From the NCBI GenBank assembly GCA_963765815.1, contig CAVXXT010000008.1:370666-434665 (forward strand): a stretch of 64,000 nucleotides of DNA, read 5' to 3'. Shown in pieces: positions 16,549 through 26,319 of the stretch. The stretch comes from an uncultured Actinomycetota bacterium. GTDB lineage: Bacteria > Actinomycetota > Actinomycetes > BP-191. Every line of letters starts with the position of its first letter. The first letter of the stretch is position 1. The notes beneath the pieces are model-generated. The model saw only the letters and a list, made by a program, of their open reading frames with translations. It was not told the origin of the DNA and ran no database searches. The position numbers and the translations under genes were made by a program.

Positions 16549-18807
16549 CTACGCCGAGGTCGCCCGGAACCTGCGCAGACGCAGGCTGTTCGTGACGACG
16601 AAGACGCTCGACAGCGCCATCGCCGCGCCGGCGAGCAGCGGGTTCAGCAGGCCGAGTGCGGCCAGCGGCAGCGCAGCGACGTTGTAGGCGAAGGCCCAGA
16701 ACAGGTTGCCCTTGATGGTCTGCAGCGTCCTGCGGGACAGCCGGATCGCATCGGGCACGGCGCGCAGGTCGGACCGGACGAGGGTGATGTCGCTCGCCTC
16801 GATCGCGACGTCGGACCCGGCTCCCATCGCGATGCCGAGGTCGGACTGGGCCAGCGCCGCGGCGTCGTTGACGCCGTCGCCGACCATCGCGACCACCCGG
16901 CCGTCAGCCTGCAGTCGTCGGACGTGGTCGACCTTGTCCTCCGGCAGCACATCCGCGACTACCTCCGGGATGCCGACCGCATCGGCGACCGCACGGGCGG
17001 CCGCGGCGTTGTCTCCGGTCAGCAGGACGGGGACGAGCCCGATCCGGCGCAGGTCGGCGACCGCGTCGGCGCTGGTCGGCCTGATGGCGTCGCCGACGAC
17101 GAGCAACGCGCGGACCGCTCCGTCCCAGGCGGCCACCACCGCAGTCCGGCCCGCGGACTCGGCGGCATCCTTCGCGGCAGCGATGTCGGCCGGGATCAGC
17201 AGCCCCCAGTCGGCGACGAGCGAGGATCGCCCGACGACAGCGGCATGTCCGTCGACGATGCCTTGAACGCCCAGCCCGGCGTGGCTGACGAAGTCGGTGA
17301 CGTCGGGCAGCTCACCGAGCGCGTCGTGGGCGGCACGCGTGATCGCGCTGCCGATCGGGTGAGCCGAGCCGCTCTCGAGCGCACCGACGACGCGTAGCGC
17401 TTCGGCCTCCGTCGTACCGGGGGAGACGACGACGGCATGCAGCGTCATCACACCGGTGGTCACCGTGCCGGTCTTGTCGAGGACGACGGTGTCGACCCGG
17501 CGCGTGCTCTCGAGGATCTCCGGTCCCTTGATGAGGATGCCGAGCCGTGCGCCGCGGCCGGTTCCGACGAGCAGTGCGGTCGGCGTCGCCAGTCCCAGAG
17601 CGCACGGGCAGGCGACGATCAGCACCGCCACCGCCGCGGTGAAGGCTGCCTCCGCGCCGTGGCCGGTGACCAGCCACGCCACCAGGGTTGCCGCGGCGAG
17701 CGCGATGACGACGGGCACGAAGACGGCGCTGACCCGGTCGGCCAGTCGCTGGACCTCGGCCTTGCCGCTCTGCGCCGCCTCGACGAGCCGGCCGATCTGG
17801 GCCAGCCGGGTGTCTGCGCCGATGCGGGTCGCGCGGACGACCAGCCGGCCGCTGCTGCTGGTCGTAGCACCGGTCACCTCGTCGCCGACGACGACGTCGA
17901 CGGGGATGCTCTCCCCGGTGAGCAGGCTGGTGTCGACCGCTCCGCCGCCTTCGACCACGATGCCGTCGGTCGCGATCCGCTCACCCGGCCGGACGACGAA
18001 CTCGTCGTCGACGGCCAGCTGCTCGATCGGGATGCGCACCTCGGCCCGGCCGCGACGCACCGCGACGTCCTTGGCGCCGAGCTCGAGCAGCGCGCGCACC
18101 GCCGCGCCGGACCGGCGCTTCGCGCGCGCCTCGAAGTAGCGGCCGCCGAGCAGGAACACGGTGACGACGGCGGCGACCTCGAGGTAGATCTCGTCGTGGC
18201 CCGAGCCGCGCGACGCCGTCAGCCGCAGGCTCATGCGCATCCCCGTCATGCCGGCGTCGCCCACGAACAGCGCGTAGAGCGACCAGAGGTAGGCCGAGAG
18301 CGTGCCGACCGACACCAGCGTGTCCATCGTGGTCGCCCCGTGCCTCGCATTGGTCCACGCGGCTCGGTGGAACGGCAGAGCCCCCCACACCACCACTGGT
18401 GACGCGAGAGTGAGGGCGAGCCACTGCCAGCGGTCGAACTGCAGGGCGGGCACCATCGACATCGCGAGGACCGGGACGGAGAGCAGCGTGGAGACGACGA
18501 GGCGCTCGCGCAGCGCACCGGCCGCGTCCGGGCCGATGGCCTCTCCCGTCGCCACGGCGGGAGTGCCGGCCGTGGAGGGCACGACCGCAGTCGCGCCGTA
18601 CCCGGCTCGCGCGACGGCCGCGACGAGGTCGTCGGCAGACATCGTCGCGGGGTGGGCGACGCGCGCCTTCTCGGTCGCGTAGTTGACCGTCGCCTCGACC
18701 CCGTCCAGGCGGTTGAGCACCTTCTCGATCCGTGCGGCGCACGAGGCGCAGGTCATCCCGGTCACCGCGAGCACGGTGTCGGCAGTCAGCTCGCTGGTTG
18801 AGGTCAT
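16549..18807 (-). CDS. copA: Copper-translocating P1B-type ATPase (CopA/CtpA-like)
   Basis: Start at ATG 18807 (the upstream part of the track ORF is Arg-rich). GMTCASCAARIE metal-binding domain, CPC (VACPCALGLATP), DKTGT, SAHP, GDGVNDAAAL. Confidence 0.92.
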   Translation of the reverse strand: MTSTSELTADTVLAVTGMTCASCAARIEKVLNRLDGVEATVNYATEKARVAHPATMSADDLVAAVARAGYGATAVVPSTAGTPAVATGEAIGPDAAGALRERLVVSTLLSVPVLAMSMVPALQFDRWQWLALTLASPVVVWGALPFHRAAWTNARHGATTMDTLVSVGTLSAYLWSLYALFVGDAGMTGMRMSLRLTASRGSGHDEIYLEVAAVVTVFLLGGRYFEARAKRRSGAAVRALLELGAKDVAVRRGRAEVRIPIEQLAVDDEFVVRPGERIATDGIVVEGGGAVDTSLLTGESIPVDVVVGDEVTGATTSSSGRLVVRATRIGADTRLAQIGRLVEAAQSGKAEVQRLADRVSAVFVPVVIALAAATLVAWLVTGHGAEAAFTAAVAVLIVACPCALGLATPTALLVGTGRGARLGILIKGPEILESTRRVDTVVLDKTGTVTTGVMTLHAVVVSPGTTEAEALRVVGALESGSAHPIGSAITRAAHDALGELPDVTDFVSHAGLGVQGIVDGHAAVVGRSSLVADWGLLIPADIAAAKDAAESAGRTAVVAAWDGAVRALLVVGDAIRPTSADAVADLRRIGLVPVLLTGDNAAAARAVADAVGIPEVVADVLPEDKVDHVRRLQADGRVVAMVGDGVNDAAALAQSDLGIAMGAGSDVAIEASDITLVRSDLRAVPDAIRLSRRTLQTIKGNLFWAFAYNVAALPLAALGLLNPLLAGAAMALSSVFVVTNSLRLRRFRATSA

Positions 18808-18809
18808 GG

Positions 18810-19091
18810 TCAGCTCCGGACCAGCCGCGCGATCGCGTCGGCGGCCTCCTTGAGCTTGAGCTCCTGCTCCGTCCCGCCGGCCCGCGCGGCGTCGACGAGG
18901 CAGTGGCTCATGTGGTCGTCGAGCAGGCGCAGCGCGACTGACTGCAGCGCCCTCGTCGCCGCGGACACCTGGGTGAGGATGTCGATGCAGTAGGTGTCGC
19001 TCTCGACCATGCGTGCGATGCCGCGCACCTGACCTTCGACGCGGCGCAGCCGCGCGAGGTGCTCGTCCTTCGTGTCGGTGTAGCCAGCCAT
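18810..19091 (-). CDS. csoR: CsoR-family copper-sensing repressor
   Basis: Start at ATG 19091. DEHLARLRRVEGQVRGIARMVESDTYCIDILTQVSAATRALQSVALRLLDDHMSHC (the Cys...His-x-x-x-Cys ligand pattern). Confidence 0.9.
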   Translation of the reverse strand: MAGYTDTKDEHLARLRRVEGQVRGIARMVESDTYCIDILTQVSAATRALQSVALRLLDDHMSHCLVDAARAGGTEQELKLKEAADAIARLVRS

Positions 19092-19118
19092 GGCTGCTCC
19101 TCTCGCCGTCCACTGCTG

Positions 19119-19137
19119 TATACCCCAGGGGGGTACC
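19119..19137. promoter_or_regulatory. Putative CsoR operator (GC-tract pseudo-palindrome)
   Basis: GTATACCCCAGGGGGGTAC: TACCCC-AGG-GGGGTA inverted repeat 28-46 nt upstream of the csoR start. Resembles described CsoR boxes (TACCC...GGGTA type). Confidence 0.55.
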
Positions 19138-19189
19138 CGCCACAACAGTGTCACGGGGCCGGGCATTCCCGCGGGTTAGCCTCTTGCCT

Positions 19190-20050
19190 GTGCCTTCCCC
19201 CGCGCCAGAACCCCAGCTGCGGCGCCCGCGCGTGGGGCACATCCAGTTCCTCAACTGCCTGCCGCTCTACTACGGCCTCGTCGCGAGCGGTGCGCTGCTG
19301 GACGTGGACCTGCGCAAGGACACGCCGGACCGGCTCAACGACCGGCTGCTCTCGGGTGACCTCGACATCGGGCCGATCAGCGCCGCGGAGTACTTGCGGC
19401 ACGCCGACGAGCTGCTCGTCCTCCCCGACCTCGCGGTGGGCTCGGACGGCCCGGTGCAGTCGGTCTGCCTGGTGTCGAAGGTGCCGCTCGGCGAGCTCGA
19501 CGGCCGGCGGGTCGCGCTCGGCGCGACGTCGCGCACGTCGGTCCTTCTCGCGCAGATGGTCCTCGAGGACCGGTACGACGTCCGGCCGTCGTACTTCGAC
19601 TGCCCACCCGACCTGGCCGCGATGCTGCTCGAGGCTGACGCGGCCGTCCTCATCGGCGACGTCGCGCTGCGCGCCCGCCGCGAGTCGGCCGGCCTCGGGC
19701 TGCACTGCACCGACCTCGGCGCGGAGTGGCGCGACTGGACCGGGCTGCCGATGGTGTTCGCGGTCTGGGCGGTCCGCCGGGGCTTCGCCGAGGCGCACCC
19801 CGGTCAGGTGAAGGGCGTGCACGAGGCGTTCCGCGCCTCGCTCGACTCCTCGCTGCAGAAGGTCGACGAGATCGCGGCGCGGGCCAGCCAGTGGGAGCCG
19901 TTCACCGCGGCCGAGCTGGCGGCGTACTTCCGGGCGCTGGACTTCTCCCTCGGCCCGGCGCAGCTGGCCGGGCTGGCCGAGTTCGCCCGGCGGGCCGCGG
20001 CCCGAGGCGACCTCCCGCCGGACGTCGTCCCGGCGTTCGCGCAGGTGTGA
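19190..20050 (+). CDS. mqnA: Chorismate dehydratase MqnA (futalosine pathway)
   Basis: RVGHIQFLNCLPLYYGL... periplasmic-binding-protein-like fold typical of MqnA. The start is uncertain (TTG 19184, GTG 19190 or GTG 19232); the upstream part of the track ORF overlaps csoR. Confidence 0.8.
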   Translation: MPSPAPEPQLRRPRVGHIQFLNCLPLYYGLVASGALLDVDLRKDTPDRLNDRLLSGDLDIGPISAAEYLRHADELLVLPDLAVGSDGPVQSVCLVSKVPLGELDGRRVALGATSRTSVLLAQMVLEDRYDVRPSYFDCPPDLAAMLLEADAAVLIGDVALRARRESAGLGLHCTDLGAEWRDWTGLPMVFAVWAVRRGFAEAHPGQVKGVHEAFRASLDSSLQKVDEIAARASQWEPFTAAELAAYFRALDFSLGPAQLAGLAEFARRAAARGDLPPDVVPAFAQV

Positions 20051-20158
20051 CCCGCGGCGATCACGAACCCAGACCCTGCTCCCGGGCTCTCCGGTCATGA
20101 CCGTGTCGTCGTCACGATCGGCCGTCGTCGTGCCGGCCCTGAGCAGGAAGGACGTGCC

Positions 20159-21565
20159 ATGAGATCCGCACGGCTCGCACTCGGCGTCGCGGTGCTCGCC
20201 GCACTCGCCCCGCCGCTCGTCCACGAGGCCGCCGCGGCCGACACGACGGTGACCGCGATCGCGTTCACCTACCTGCCCGGCCAGGTGTCCATCGCGCGGG
20301 GCGACACCGTCACGTTCCTCAACCTCGACGTGGCACCGCACAACATCGTGTCGCGGCAGACGACCAAGAAGGGCGCACTGCTCTTCGGCAGCGACACGGT
20401 CACCGCCGGCGGTCAGACTGCGGTGCGCGGCGTCGCCACGCTCAAGCCAGGCTCCTATCCGTTCTACTGCTCGGTGCACCCGACGATGCTGGGCACGCTC
20501 GCGGTGCGCCCGCCGGGCAGCGCGGTCTTCGCGATGGTCCCCACCGCCGCGGTGGTGCCGACGCCGACGAGCATCACGACCTACGGCACCTCTCTGTACG
20601 TCACTGGCTACGGTGCCGGCACGGTGTCGTCCGTCCCGGTGCTGCCCGGCGGCGCGCTCGGCCCGGCGACGCCGTACGCGACCGGCCTGAGCAGCCCGCT
20701 GGGCATCGCGTTCGGGCCGGACGGCACGGCGTACGTCGCCGACTCGCACGCAGGCGAGGGCGCGGCGACCGTGGGTCGGGTGTGGGCCCTGCCCCCTGGC
20801 GGCGGTGACGTGTCTGCGGTCGGGCAGGTCGTCGTCGACAACCTCCCGAACGGGCGGCACAACACCAACGGCCTCGCGGTCCTCGGCGACCGGCTCTACT
20901 TCACCAACGGCAACTCCACCGACGACGGAGCGGCCGGCGGTCCGCCCGAGCAGCCGCTCAGCGGGACGATCCTCTCGGTGCCGCTGCGGACCCGTGGAGT
21001 GGATGCGGCGTCGTCGACGAAGGCGATCACCGTCGAGGCCCGCGGGCTGCGCAACGTCTACGACATCGCCTTCCGGCCGGGCACCACGCACCTGTGGGCC
21101 ACGTCCAACGGACCGGACACCCTCGACCCCTACGGCGAGGACCTCCTGCACAGCTTCGACGTCCGCGCCGGCACCGTCGACTTCGGCTTCCCCGGATGCG
21201 TGTACGCCGCCGGTGCCAATGGCCCGCAGCTCGGCCAGAACCCCAACGTCGCGGCGAAGTGCAATCCCCGGCACCGTGGGCCCGAGGCGCTGCTGGGGCT
21301 GCACGTGTCGGCCGACGGGCTCGCCTTCGCGCCGACCGGCGGCGGATGGTCCGGTGAGGCGGTGATCGCGGAGTTCGGGTCGTTCAGCGGCGTCACCGGC
21401 CACGCGGTCGTCGGCGTACCCGTGGTCGACGGCCGGGCCGGCGCCCCGGCGGTGCTGACGCCCGCTCCCGCGCCGTTGGACCTGGCCTTCGGGCCGCCGG
21501 GCACGGGGCTCTACGTCGCCGACTTCACCACCGGCAGCATCTCGCTGGTCCTGCCCGTCGCCTGA
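20159..21565 (+). CDS. Secreted fusion: amicyanin/plastocyanin-like type-1 cupredoxin domain + beta-propeller (sorbosone/glucose dehydrogenase- or NHL-like)
   Basis: Signal peptide. Cupredoxin ligand pattern APHNIV ... YPFYCSVHPTM (His...Cys-x2-His-x2-Met). Then repeated blade-like segments (LGIAFGPDGTAYVADS, NGLAVLGDRLYFTNG, VYDIAFRPGTTHLWATSNGPD). Confidence 0.7.
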   Translation: MRSARLALGVAVLAALAPPLVHEAAAADTTVTAIAFTYLPGQVSIARGDTVTFLNLDVAPHNIVSRQTTKKGALLFGSDTVTAGGQTAVRGVATLKPGSYPFYCSVHPTMLGTLAVRPPGSAVFAMVPTAAVVPTPTSITTYGTSLYVTGYGAGTVSSVPVLPGGALGPATPYATGLSSPLGIAFGPDGTAYVADSHAGEGAATVGRVWALPPGGGDVSAVGQVVVDNLPNGRHNTNGLAVLGDRLYFTNGNSTDDGAAGGPPEQPLSGTILSVPLRTRGVDAASSTKAITVEARGLRNVYDIAFRPGTTHLWATSNGPDTLDPYGEDLLHSFDVRAGTVDFGFPGCVYAAGANGPQLGQNPNVAAKCNPRHRGPEALLGLHVSADGLAFAPTGGGWSGEAVIAEFGSFSGVTGHAVVGVPVVDGRAGAPAVLTPAPAPLDLAFGPPGTGLYVADFTTGSISLVLPVA

Positions 21566-21603
21566 CGCCGCCGCGCGGAGGGGCTCGCCGGGTCGCGGAT
21601 ACT

Positions 21604-22776
21604 GTGGGTCGACCGCCGTACGTCGGAAGGACCACCGTGAGCGCCGTGCAGGACCTGCTCGACCGCGCCGCCTCGGGCGAGCGGATCTCCCCCGAGGAGG
21701 CCCTGGCGCTCTACGTCGACGCACCGCTGCACGCCCTCGGCCGCGCCGCGGACGCCGTACGCCGGCGCCGGTTCCCCGACGGGATCGCGACCTACCTGAT
21801 CGACCGCAACATCAACTACACCAACGTCTGCGTCACCGCGTGCAAGTTCTGTGCGTTCTATCGAGCCCCGGGACACAGCGAGGGCTGGGTGCGGGACCTC
21901 GACGAGATCCGCCGTCGCTGCGCCGAGGCGGTCGAGCTCGGCGCGACGCAGATCATGTTCCAGGGCGGTCACCACCCCGATTTCGGCATCGAGTACTACG
22001 AGGAGCTGTTCTCGACGGTCCGCGCGGAGTACCCGTCGCTCGCCCTGCACTCGCTCGGGGCCAGCGAGGTCATGCACATCACCCGGGTGTCCGGCATCTC
22101 CGTCGAGGACGCGATCACCCGGCTGCACGCCGCGGGCCTCGACTCGTTCGCGGGCGCCGGCGCGGAGATCCTGGTCGCGCGGCCGCGCACGGCGATCGCG
22201 CCGCTCAAGGAGTCCGGCGAGGAGTGGCTCGCCGTCATGGAGACCGCGCACCGCCTCGGCGTCGAGTCGACCGCGACATTCATGATGGGCACCGGCGAGA
22301 CCAACGCCGAGCGGATCGAGCACCTGCGGATGATCCGCGACGTCCAGGACCGGACAGGCGGCTTCCGCGCGTTCATCCCGTGGACCTACCAGCCGGAGAA
22401 CAACCACCTGAAGGGCCACACGCAGGCGACCTCGATCGAGTACCTGCGGATGATCGCGGTGTCGCGGCTGTTCTTCGACAACGTCGCGCACGTCCAGGGA
22501 TCGTGGCTGACCGTCGGCAAGGACGTCGGGCAGCTGACGCTCCACTTCGGCGCCGACGACCTCGGCTCGATCATGCTCGAGGAGAACGTCGTCTCGGCCG
22601 CCGGCGCGAAGCACCGCTCCAACCGGCAGGAGATCATCGAGCTGATCCGCGCGGCCGGGCGCGTGCCCGCGCAGCGCGACACCCTGTACCGGCACCTGGT
22701 GGTCCACCGCGACCCCGCGGACGACCCGGTCGCGTCCGTGCGATCGCACCTGCCGCTCGTCACCGCGTCGGCGTGA
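21604..22776 (+). CDS. mqnC: Radical SAM cyclic dehypoxanthinyl futalosine synthase (MqnC-type)
   Basis: CVTACKFC radical-SAM motif. A likely true start is GTG 21637, preceded by GGAAGGA. Position next to menG/nuo supports MqnC. Confidence 0.78.
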   Translation: MGRPPYVGRTTVSAVQDLLDRAASGERISPEEALALYVDAPLHALGRAADAVRRRRFPDGIATYLIDRNINYTNVCVTACKFCAFYRAPGHSEGWVRDLDEIRRRCAEAVELGATQIMFQGGHHPDFGIEYYEELFSTVRAEYPSLALHSLGASEVMHITRVSGISVEDAITRLHAAGLDSFAGAGAEILVARPRTAIAPLKESGEEWLAVMETAHRLGVESTATFMMGTGETNAERIEHLRMIRDVQDRTGGFRAFIPWTYQPENNHLKGHTQATSIEYLRMIAVSRLFFDNVAHVQGSWLTVGKDVGQLTLHFGADDLGSIMLEENVVSAAGAKHRSNRQEIIELIRAAGRVPAQRDTLYRHLVVHRDPADDPVASVRSHLPLVTASA

Positions 22777-24089
22777 GCGACGCGCCGGTCGGCGCGACGA
22801 CCATGCACCTGGCGACGGTCGTCCTGCCGATGACCGGTCCGCCGGTGCACGACGGCGGGGTGGTCGTCGAGGGCGACCGCATCGCCGCCGTCGGTCCCCG
22901 CGCCGCCCTGACCGCCGAGTTCCCGCACGCACGCGCCCGCGAGTGGCCTGGCGTCATGACCCCGGGTCTGGTCAACGCGCATGCCCACCTCGAGTACGGC
23001 CCGCCGTTCGCCGACCTCGCCACGTCGGGTCTGGCCTTCGCGCAGTGGATCCAGCAGATGGCCGGCCGCCGGCGTGGGATGACGGACGCGGACTGGCTCG
23101 CGTCGGCTCGTGGCAGCGTCGCCGAGCTGCTCCGGACCGGCACCACGTGCGTCGGCGACGTGGTGACCGTCGGCCCGGGCACCCAGGCGGCCGCACGCGC
23201 GTCGCTCGCCGGCGTCTCCTACCTCGAGGTCGTCGGCTGCGACGAGGCGGGCTGGCCGGCCGAGCGCGACCGGGTGCTCTCGCGGGTGGCGGCGGCGCCG
23301 AGCGGGCGGGCGCTCGGGCTATCCCCGCATGCCCTCTACAGCATCTCCGGCCCGGTGGTCACCGCCACCGCGGCGCTGGCCCGGGAACGCGGGTGGCGGC
23401 TGCACACCCACCTCGCGGAGAGCGCGGAGGAGGCGGAGTACGTCAGGTCCGGGGGCGGCGCGATCGGCGAGGCGCTGCAGCGCCTCGGGCTGGCGCACGA
23501 CCTGCTCGGCGCCGGCGCCGGAGTGTCGCCGGCCGAGCACCTCGACGCGCTCGGCGGGCTGGGCGCCGACGTGCACGTCGCCCACGGCGTCCACCTCGAC
23601 GCCGCCGACCGGGCACGGCTCCGCGACCGCGGCACGGCCGTGGCGCTGTGCGCCCGCTCGAATCAGGTGCTCGCCGCCGGAGCGCCTCCCGTCGCCGCGC
23701 TGCTCGCCGAGGGATCGCCGATCGCCGTCGGCACGGACTCGCTCGCGTCGTCGCCGTCGCTCGACCTGCTCGCCGAGGCCGCGGCCCTGCACGCGCTCGC
23801 CCTCGGCCAGGGGTACGACCACCCCGATCTCGCAGAGCGGCTGTTCGAGGCGGTCACGACCGGCGGCGCTGCGGCCATGGGACTGACCGGCCAGAGCGGG
23901 GTCCTCGCTCCTGACGTCCGGGCCGACCTCGCGGTCTTCGACGTGACGGGCCCCGACGTGTCTGGCGCGTCGCCGTACGACGCCCTCGTCACGTTGGGCG
24001 CCGGCCGCTGCGTCCTCACGGTCGTCGCGGGGCGCATCGTGCACCGTCGTGCGCCGCTCGAGGCTGTCGTGAACGGGCGACGGGCATGA
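22773..24089 (+). CDS. Amidohydrolase-superfamily protein (candidate aminodeoxyfutalosine deaminase)
   Basis: GTGA overlap with the mqnC stop (alternative ATG 22803). VNAHAHLEY metal-binding HxH. ...HLAES..., HGVHL, ...VGTDS motifs typical of cytosine/guanine-deaminase-like amidohydrolases. Confidence 0.7.
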   Translation: MSDAPVGATTMHLATVVLPMTGPPVHDGGVVVEGDRIAAVGPRAALTAEFPHARAREWPGVMTPGLVNAHAHLEYGPPFADLATSGLAFAQWIQQMAGRRRGMTDADWLASARGSVAELLRTGTTCVGDVVTVGPGTQAAARASLAGVSYLEVVGCDEAGWPAERDRVLSRVAAAPSGRALGLSPHALYSISGPVVTATAALARERGWRLHTHLAESAEEAEYVRSGGGAIGEALQRLGLAHDLLGAGAGVSPAEHLDALGGLGADVHVAHGVHLDAADRARLRDRGTAVALCARSNQVLAAGAPPVAALLAEGSPIAVGTDSLASSPSLDLLAEAAALHALALGQGYDHPDLAERLFEAVTTGGAAAMGLTGQSGVLAPDVRADLAVFDVTGPDVSGASPYDALVTLGAGRCVLTVVAGRIVHRRAPLEAVVNGRRA

Positions 24090-24832
24090 CCGGTCGACGG
24101 GCGCAGCTGGACAAGACGCCGACCGACGTCGCCGCGATGTTCGACGACGTCGCGCCGCGGTACGACCGCACCAACGCGGTGCTGTCGCTCGGCATGGACC
24201 GCGGCTGGCGCACCGCCGTGGCCCGGACGGTGCGCCTCGCCCCGGGGGAGCGCGGGCTCGACCTGGCCGCGGGCACCGGCACGTCGTCGCTGGCGATCGC
24301 GAGAGATGGCGGGCAGGTCGTCGCCTGCGACTTCAGCCTCGGCATGCTGCGGGCCGGCGCGCGTCGCGGCTCGGCTCGGCCGGGTGTGTCGTTCGTCGCC
24401 GGTGACGCGCTGCACCTGCCGTTCCCGGACTCCGCGTTCGACGCCGTGTCCATCTCGTTCGGCCTCCGCAACCTGGTCGACCCTGACGCCGGGCTCCGGG
24501 AGATGCTGCGCGTGACCAGGCCCGGCGGCCGCCTCGTGGTCTGCGAGTTCAGCCACCCGACCTGGCGACCATGGCGGACGACGTACCTCAACTACCTCAT
24601 GCGCGCGCTGCCGGCGGTGGCCACCCGGGTGTCGAGCAACCCGGACGCCTACGTCTACCTGGCCGAGTCGATCCGCGCGTGGCCGGACCAGCGGGCGCTG
24701 GCCGACCGGGTCACGGCGGCCGGCTGGGCCGGCGTCGCCTGGCGGGACCTGACCGGCGGCGTCGTCGCGGTCCACCGGGCGAGGCGTGGAGGCAGCTCGG
24801 CCGAGGGGGAGTCGGGGCCGGGCCCGCTGTGA
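24086..24832 (+). CDS. menG: Demethylmenaquinone methyltransferase (UbiE/MenG)
   Basis: ATGA overlap with the previous gene. [31 protein letters not shown] motif [15 protein letters not shown]. Confidence 0.9.
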   Translation: MTGRRAQLDKTPTDVAAMFDDVAPRYDRTNAVLSLGMDRGWRTAVARTVRLAPGERGLDLAAGTGTSSLAIARDGGQVVACDFSLGMLRAGARRGSARPGVSFVAGDALHLPFPDSAFDAVSISFGLRNLVDPDAGLREMLRVTRPGGRLVVCEFSHPTWRPWRTTYLNYLMRALPAVATRVSSNPDAYVYLAESIRAWPDQRALADRVTAAGWAGVAWRDLTGGVVAVHRARRGGSSAEGESGPGPL

Positions 24833-24908
24833 CAGGCTCCGGCCGTCGTCCTACACTGCTGCGCGACGCTCGTGAAACATTTCACAAGCACCGCGGGCGC
24901 ACGAGGAG

Positions 24909-26222
24909 ATGGCCGTCATGACCGTGCAGGCCGCGCACCAGGCCGACGTCATCGTGGTCGGCGCCGGGCCGGGCGGGTCGGCGGCGGCGTACCACCTCGC
25001 CCAGGCCGGCCTCGATGTGCTGGTGCTGGAGAAGTCGGCGTTCCCCCGCGAGAAGGTGTGCGGCGACGGGCTGACGCCGCGGGCCGTGAAGAGCCTGATC
25101 GGGATGGGCATCGACACGTCCGCGCCGGGCTGGCTGCGCAACGAGGGGTTGCGGATCATCGGCGGCGGCGTGCGGCTCGAGCTGCCCTGGCCGCAGCTCG
25201 CGACCTACCCGGACTACGGGCTGGTGCGCACCCGGGTCGACTTCGACGAGATCCTCGCCCGCACCGCGCAGAAGGCCGGTGCGCGGCTGCAGGAGCTGAC
25301 CGAGGTGACCGGGCCGGTCCTCGACGACGCCGGACGGATCGTCGGGGTCACCGCGCGCCGCGTTCCGGAAGAGGTGGCCGGCCGGCCGAGCCGCGAGCGG
25401 CACACCGGCGAGGAGGAGACCTACCGCGCCCGGCTGGTCATCGCCGCGGACGGCGGGTCGTCACGGCTGGCGATCTCGATGGGTCTGGCCAAGCGTGAGG
25501 ACCGGCCGATGGGGGTCGCCGTACGCCGCTACTACACCTCGCCGCGCACCAACGACACCTACCTCGAGTCGTGGCTCGAGCTGTGGCAGGGCGACACGCT
25601 GCTGCCCGGCTACGGCTGGATCTTCCCGGTCGGCGACGGCACGTCCAACGTCGGACTCGGACTTCTCAACACGTCGGAGTCGTTCCGCGCCACCAACTAC
25701 AAGAAGCTGCTGGAGTCGTGGCTGTCTGGGATGCCCGGCGAGTGGGGCTTCACCGAGGACAACGCGATCGGCGCGGTCAAGGGCGGCGCCCTGCCGATGG
25801 GCTTCAACCGCACTCCCCACTACACCCGCGGGATGATGCTGGTCGGCGACGCCGGCGGGGTGATCAACCCGTTCAACGGCGAGGGCATCGCCTATGCCAT
25901 GGAGACCGGCGAGCTGGCCGCCGAGGTGGCCGTGCAGGCGCTCTCCCGTGGCTCCGTCGGCACCCGCGGCACCGACCTCGCGCTGGCGAGGTACCCGGCC
26001 GAGCTCAAGGCGCGATACGGCGGCTACTACACGCTCGGCCGGGTCTTCGTGCACGCCATCGGCAACCCGCACGTGATGAAGATCGCGACCAAGTACGGCC
26101 TGCCGAGGCCGCTGCTGATGAAGTTCACGCTGAAGCTGCTCGCTAACCTCACCGACCCGCGGGGCGGCGACGCCATGGACAAGGTCATCAACGCGATGAG
26201 CCGCATCGCGCCGGCCGCGTGA
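24909..26222 (+). CDS. Geranylgeranyl reductase-family flavoprotein (menaquinone side-chain reductase MenJ-like)
   Basis: DVIVVGAGPGGSAAAYHLA FAD fingerprint, KVCGDGL, LVGDAGGVINPFNGEGI. Confidence 0.82.
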   Translation: MAVMTVQAAHQADVIVVGAGPGGSAAAYHLAQAGLDVLVLEKSAFPREKVCGDGLTPRAVKSLIGMGIDTSAPGWLRNEGLRIIGGGVRLELPWPQLATYPDYGLVRTRVDFDEILARTAQKAGARLQELTEVTGPVLDDAGRIVGVTARRVPEEVAGRPSRERHTGEEETYRARLVIAADGGSSRLAISMGLAKREDRPMGVAVRRYYTSPRTNDTYLESWLELWQGDTLLPGYGWIFPVGDGTSNVGLGLLNTSESFRATNYKKLLESWLSGMPGEWGFTEDNAIGAVKGGALPMGFNRTPHYTRGMMLVGDAGGVINPFNGEGIAYAMETGELAAEVAVQALSRGSVGTRGTDLALARYPAELKARYGGYYTLGRVFVHAIGNPHVMKIATKYGLPRPLLMKFTLKLLANLTDPRGGDAMDKVINAMSRIAPAA

Positions 26223-26319
26223 TCGCTTTGGTCGCGGGCAACGCCCGCCAATAGGCTGTCCCAGCCCTGCGCCCTGTCCCCGTCGGTCCCCGCGCCACTG
26301 CACAGAGAGGAGGAACCCG

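Noticed and set aside
19151-21724. 857-aa minus-strand ORF spanning mqnA, the cupredoxin fusion gene and the start of mqnC
   Set aside because: Arg/Gly/Asp/Pro-dominated composition with no recognisable motifs. It lies antisense to three plus-strand genes with clear family signatures. This is a typical stop-codon-poor shadow frame in very GC-rich DNA.
26238-26252. GCGGGC-AAC-GCCCGC hairpin after the geranylgeranyl reductase gene, as a possible terminator before nuoA
   Set aside because: Only a 6-bp stem and a 3-nt loop, with no T-run. Such GC hairpins are expected by chance in this composition.
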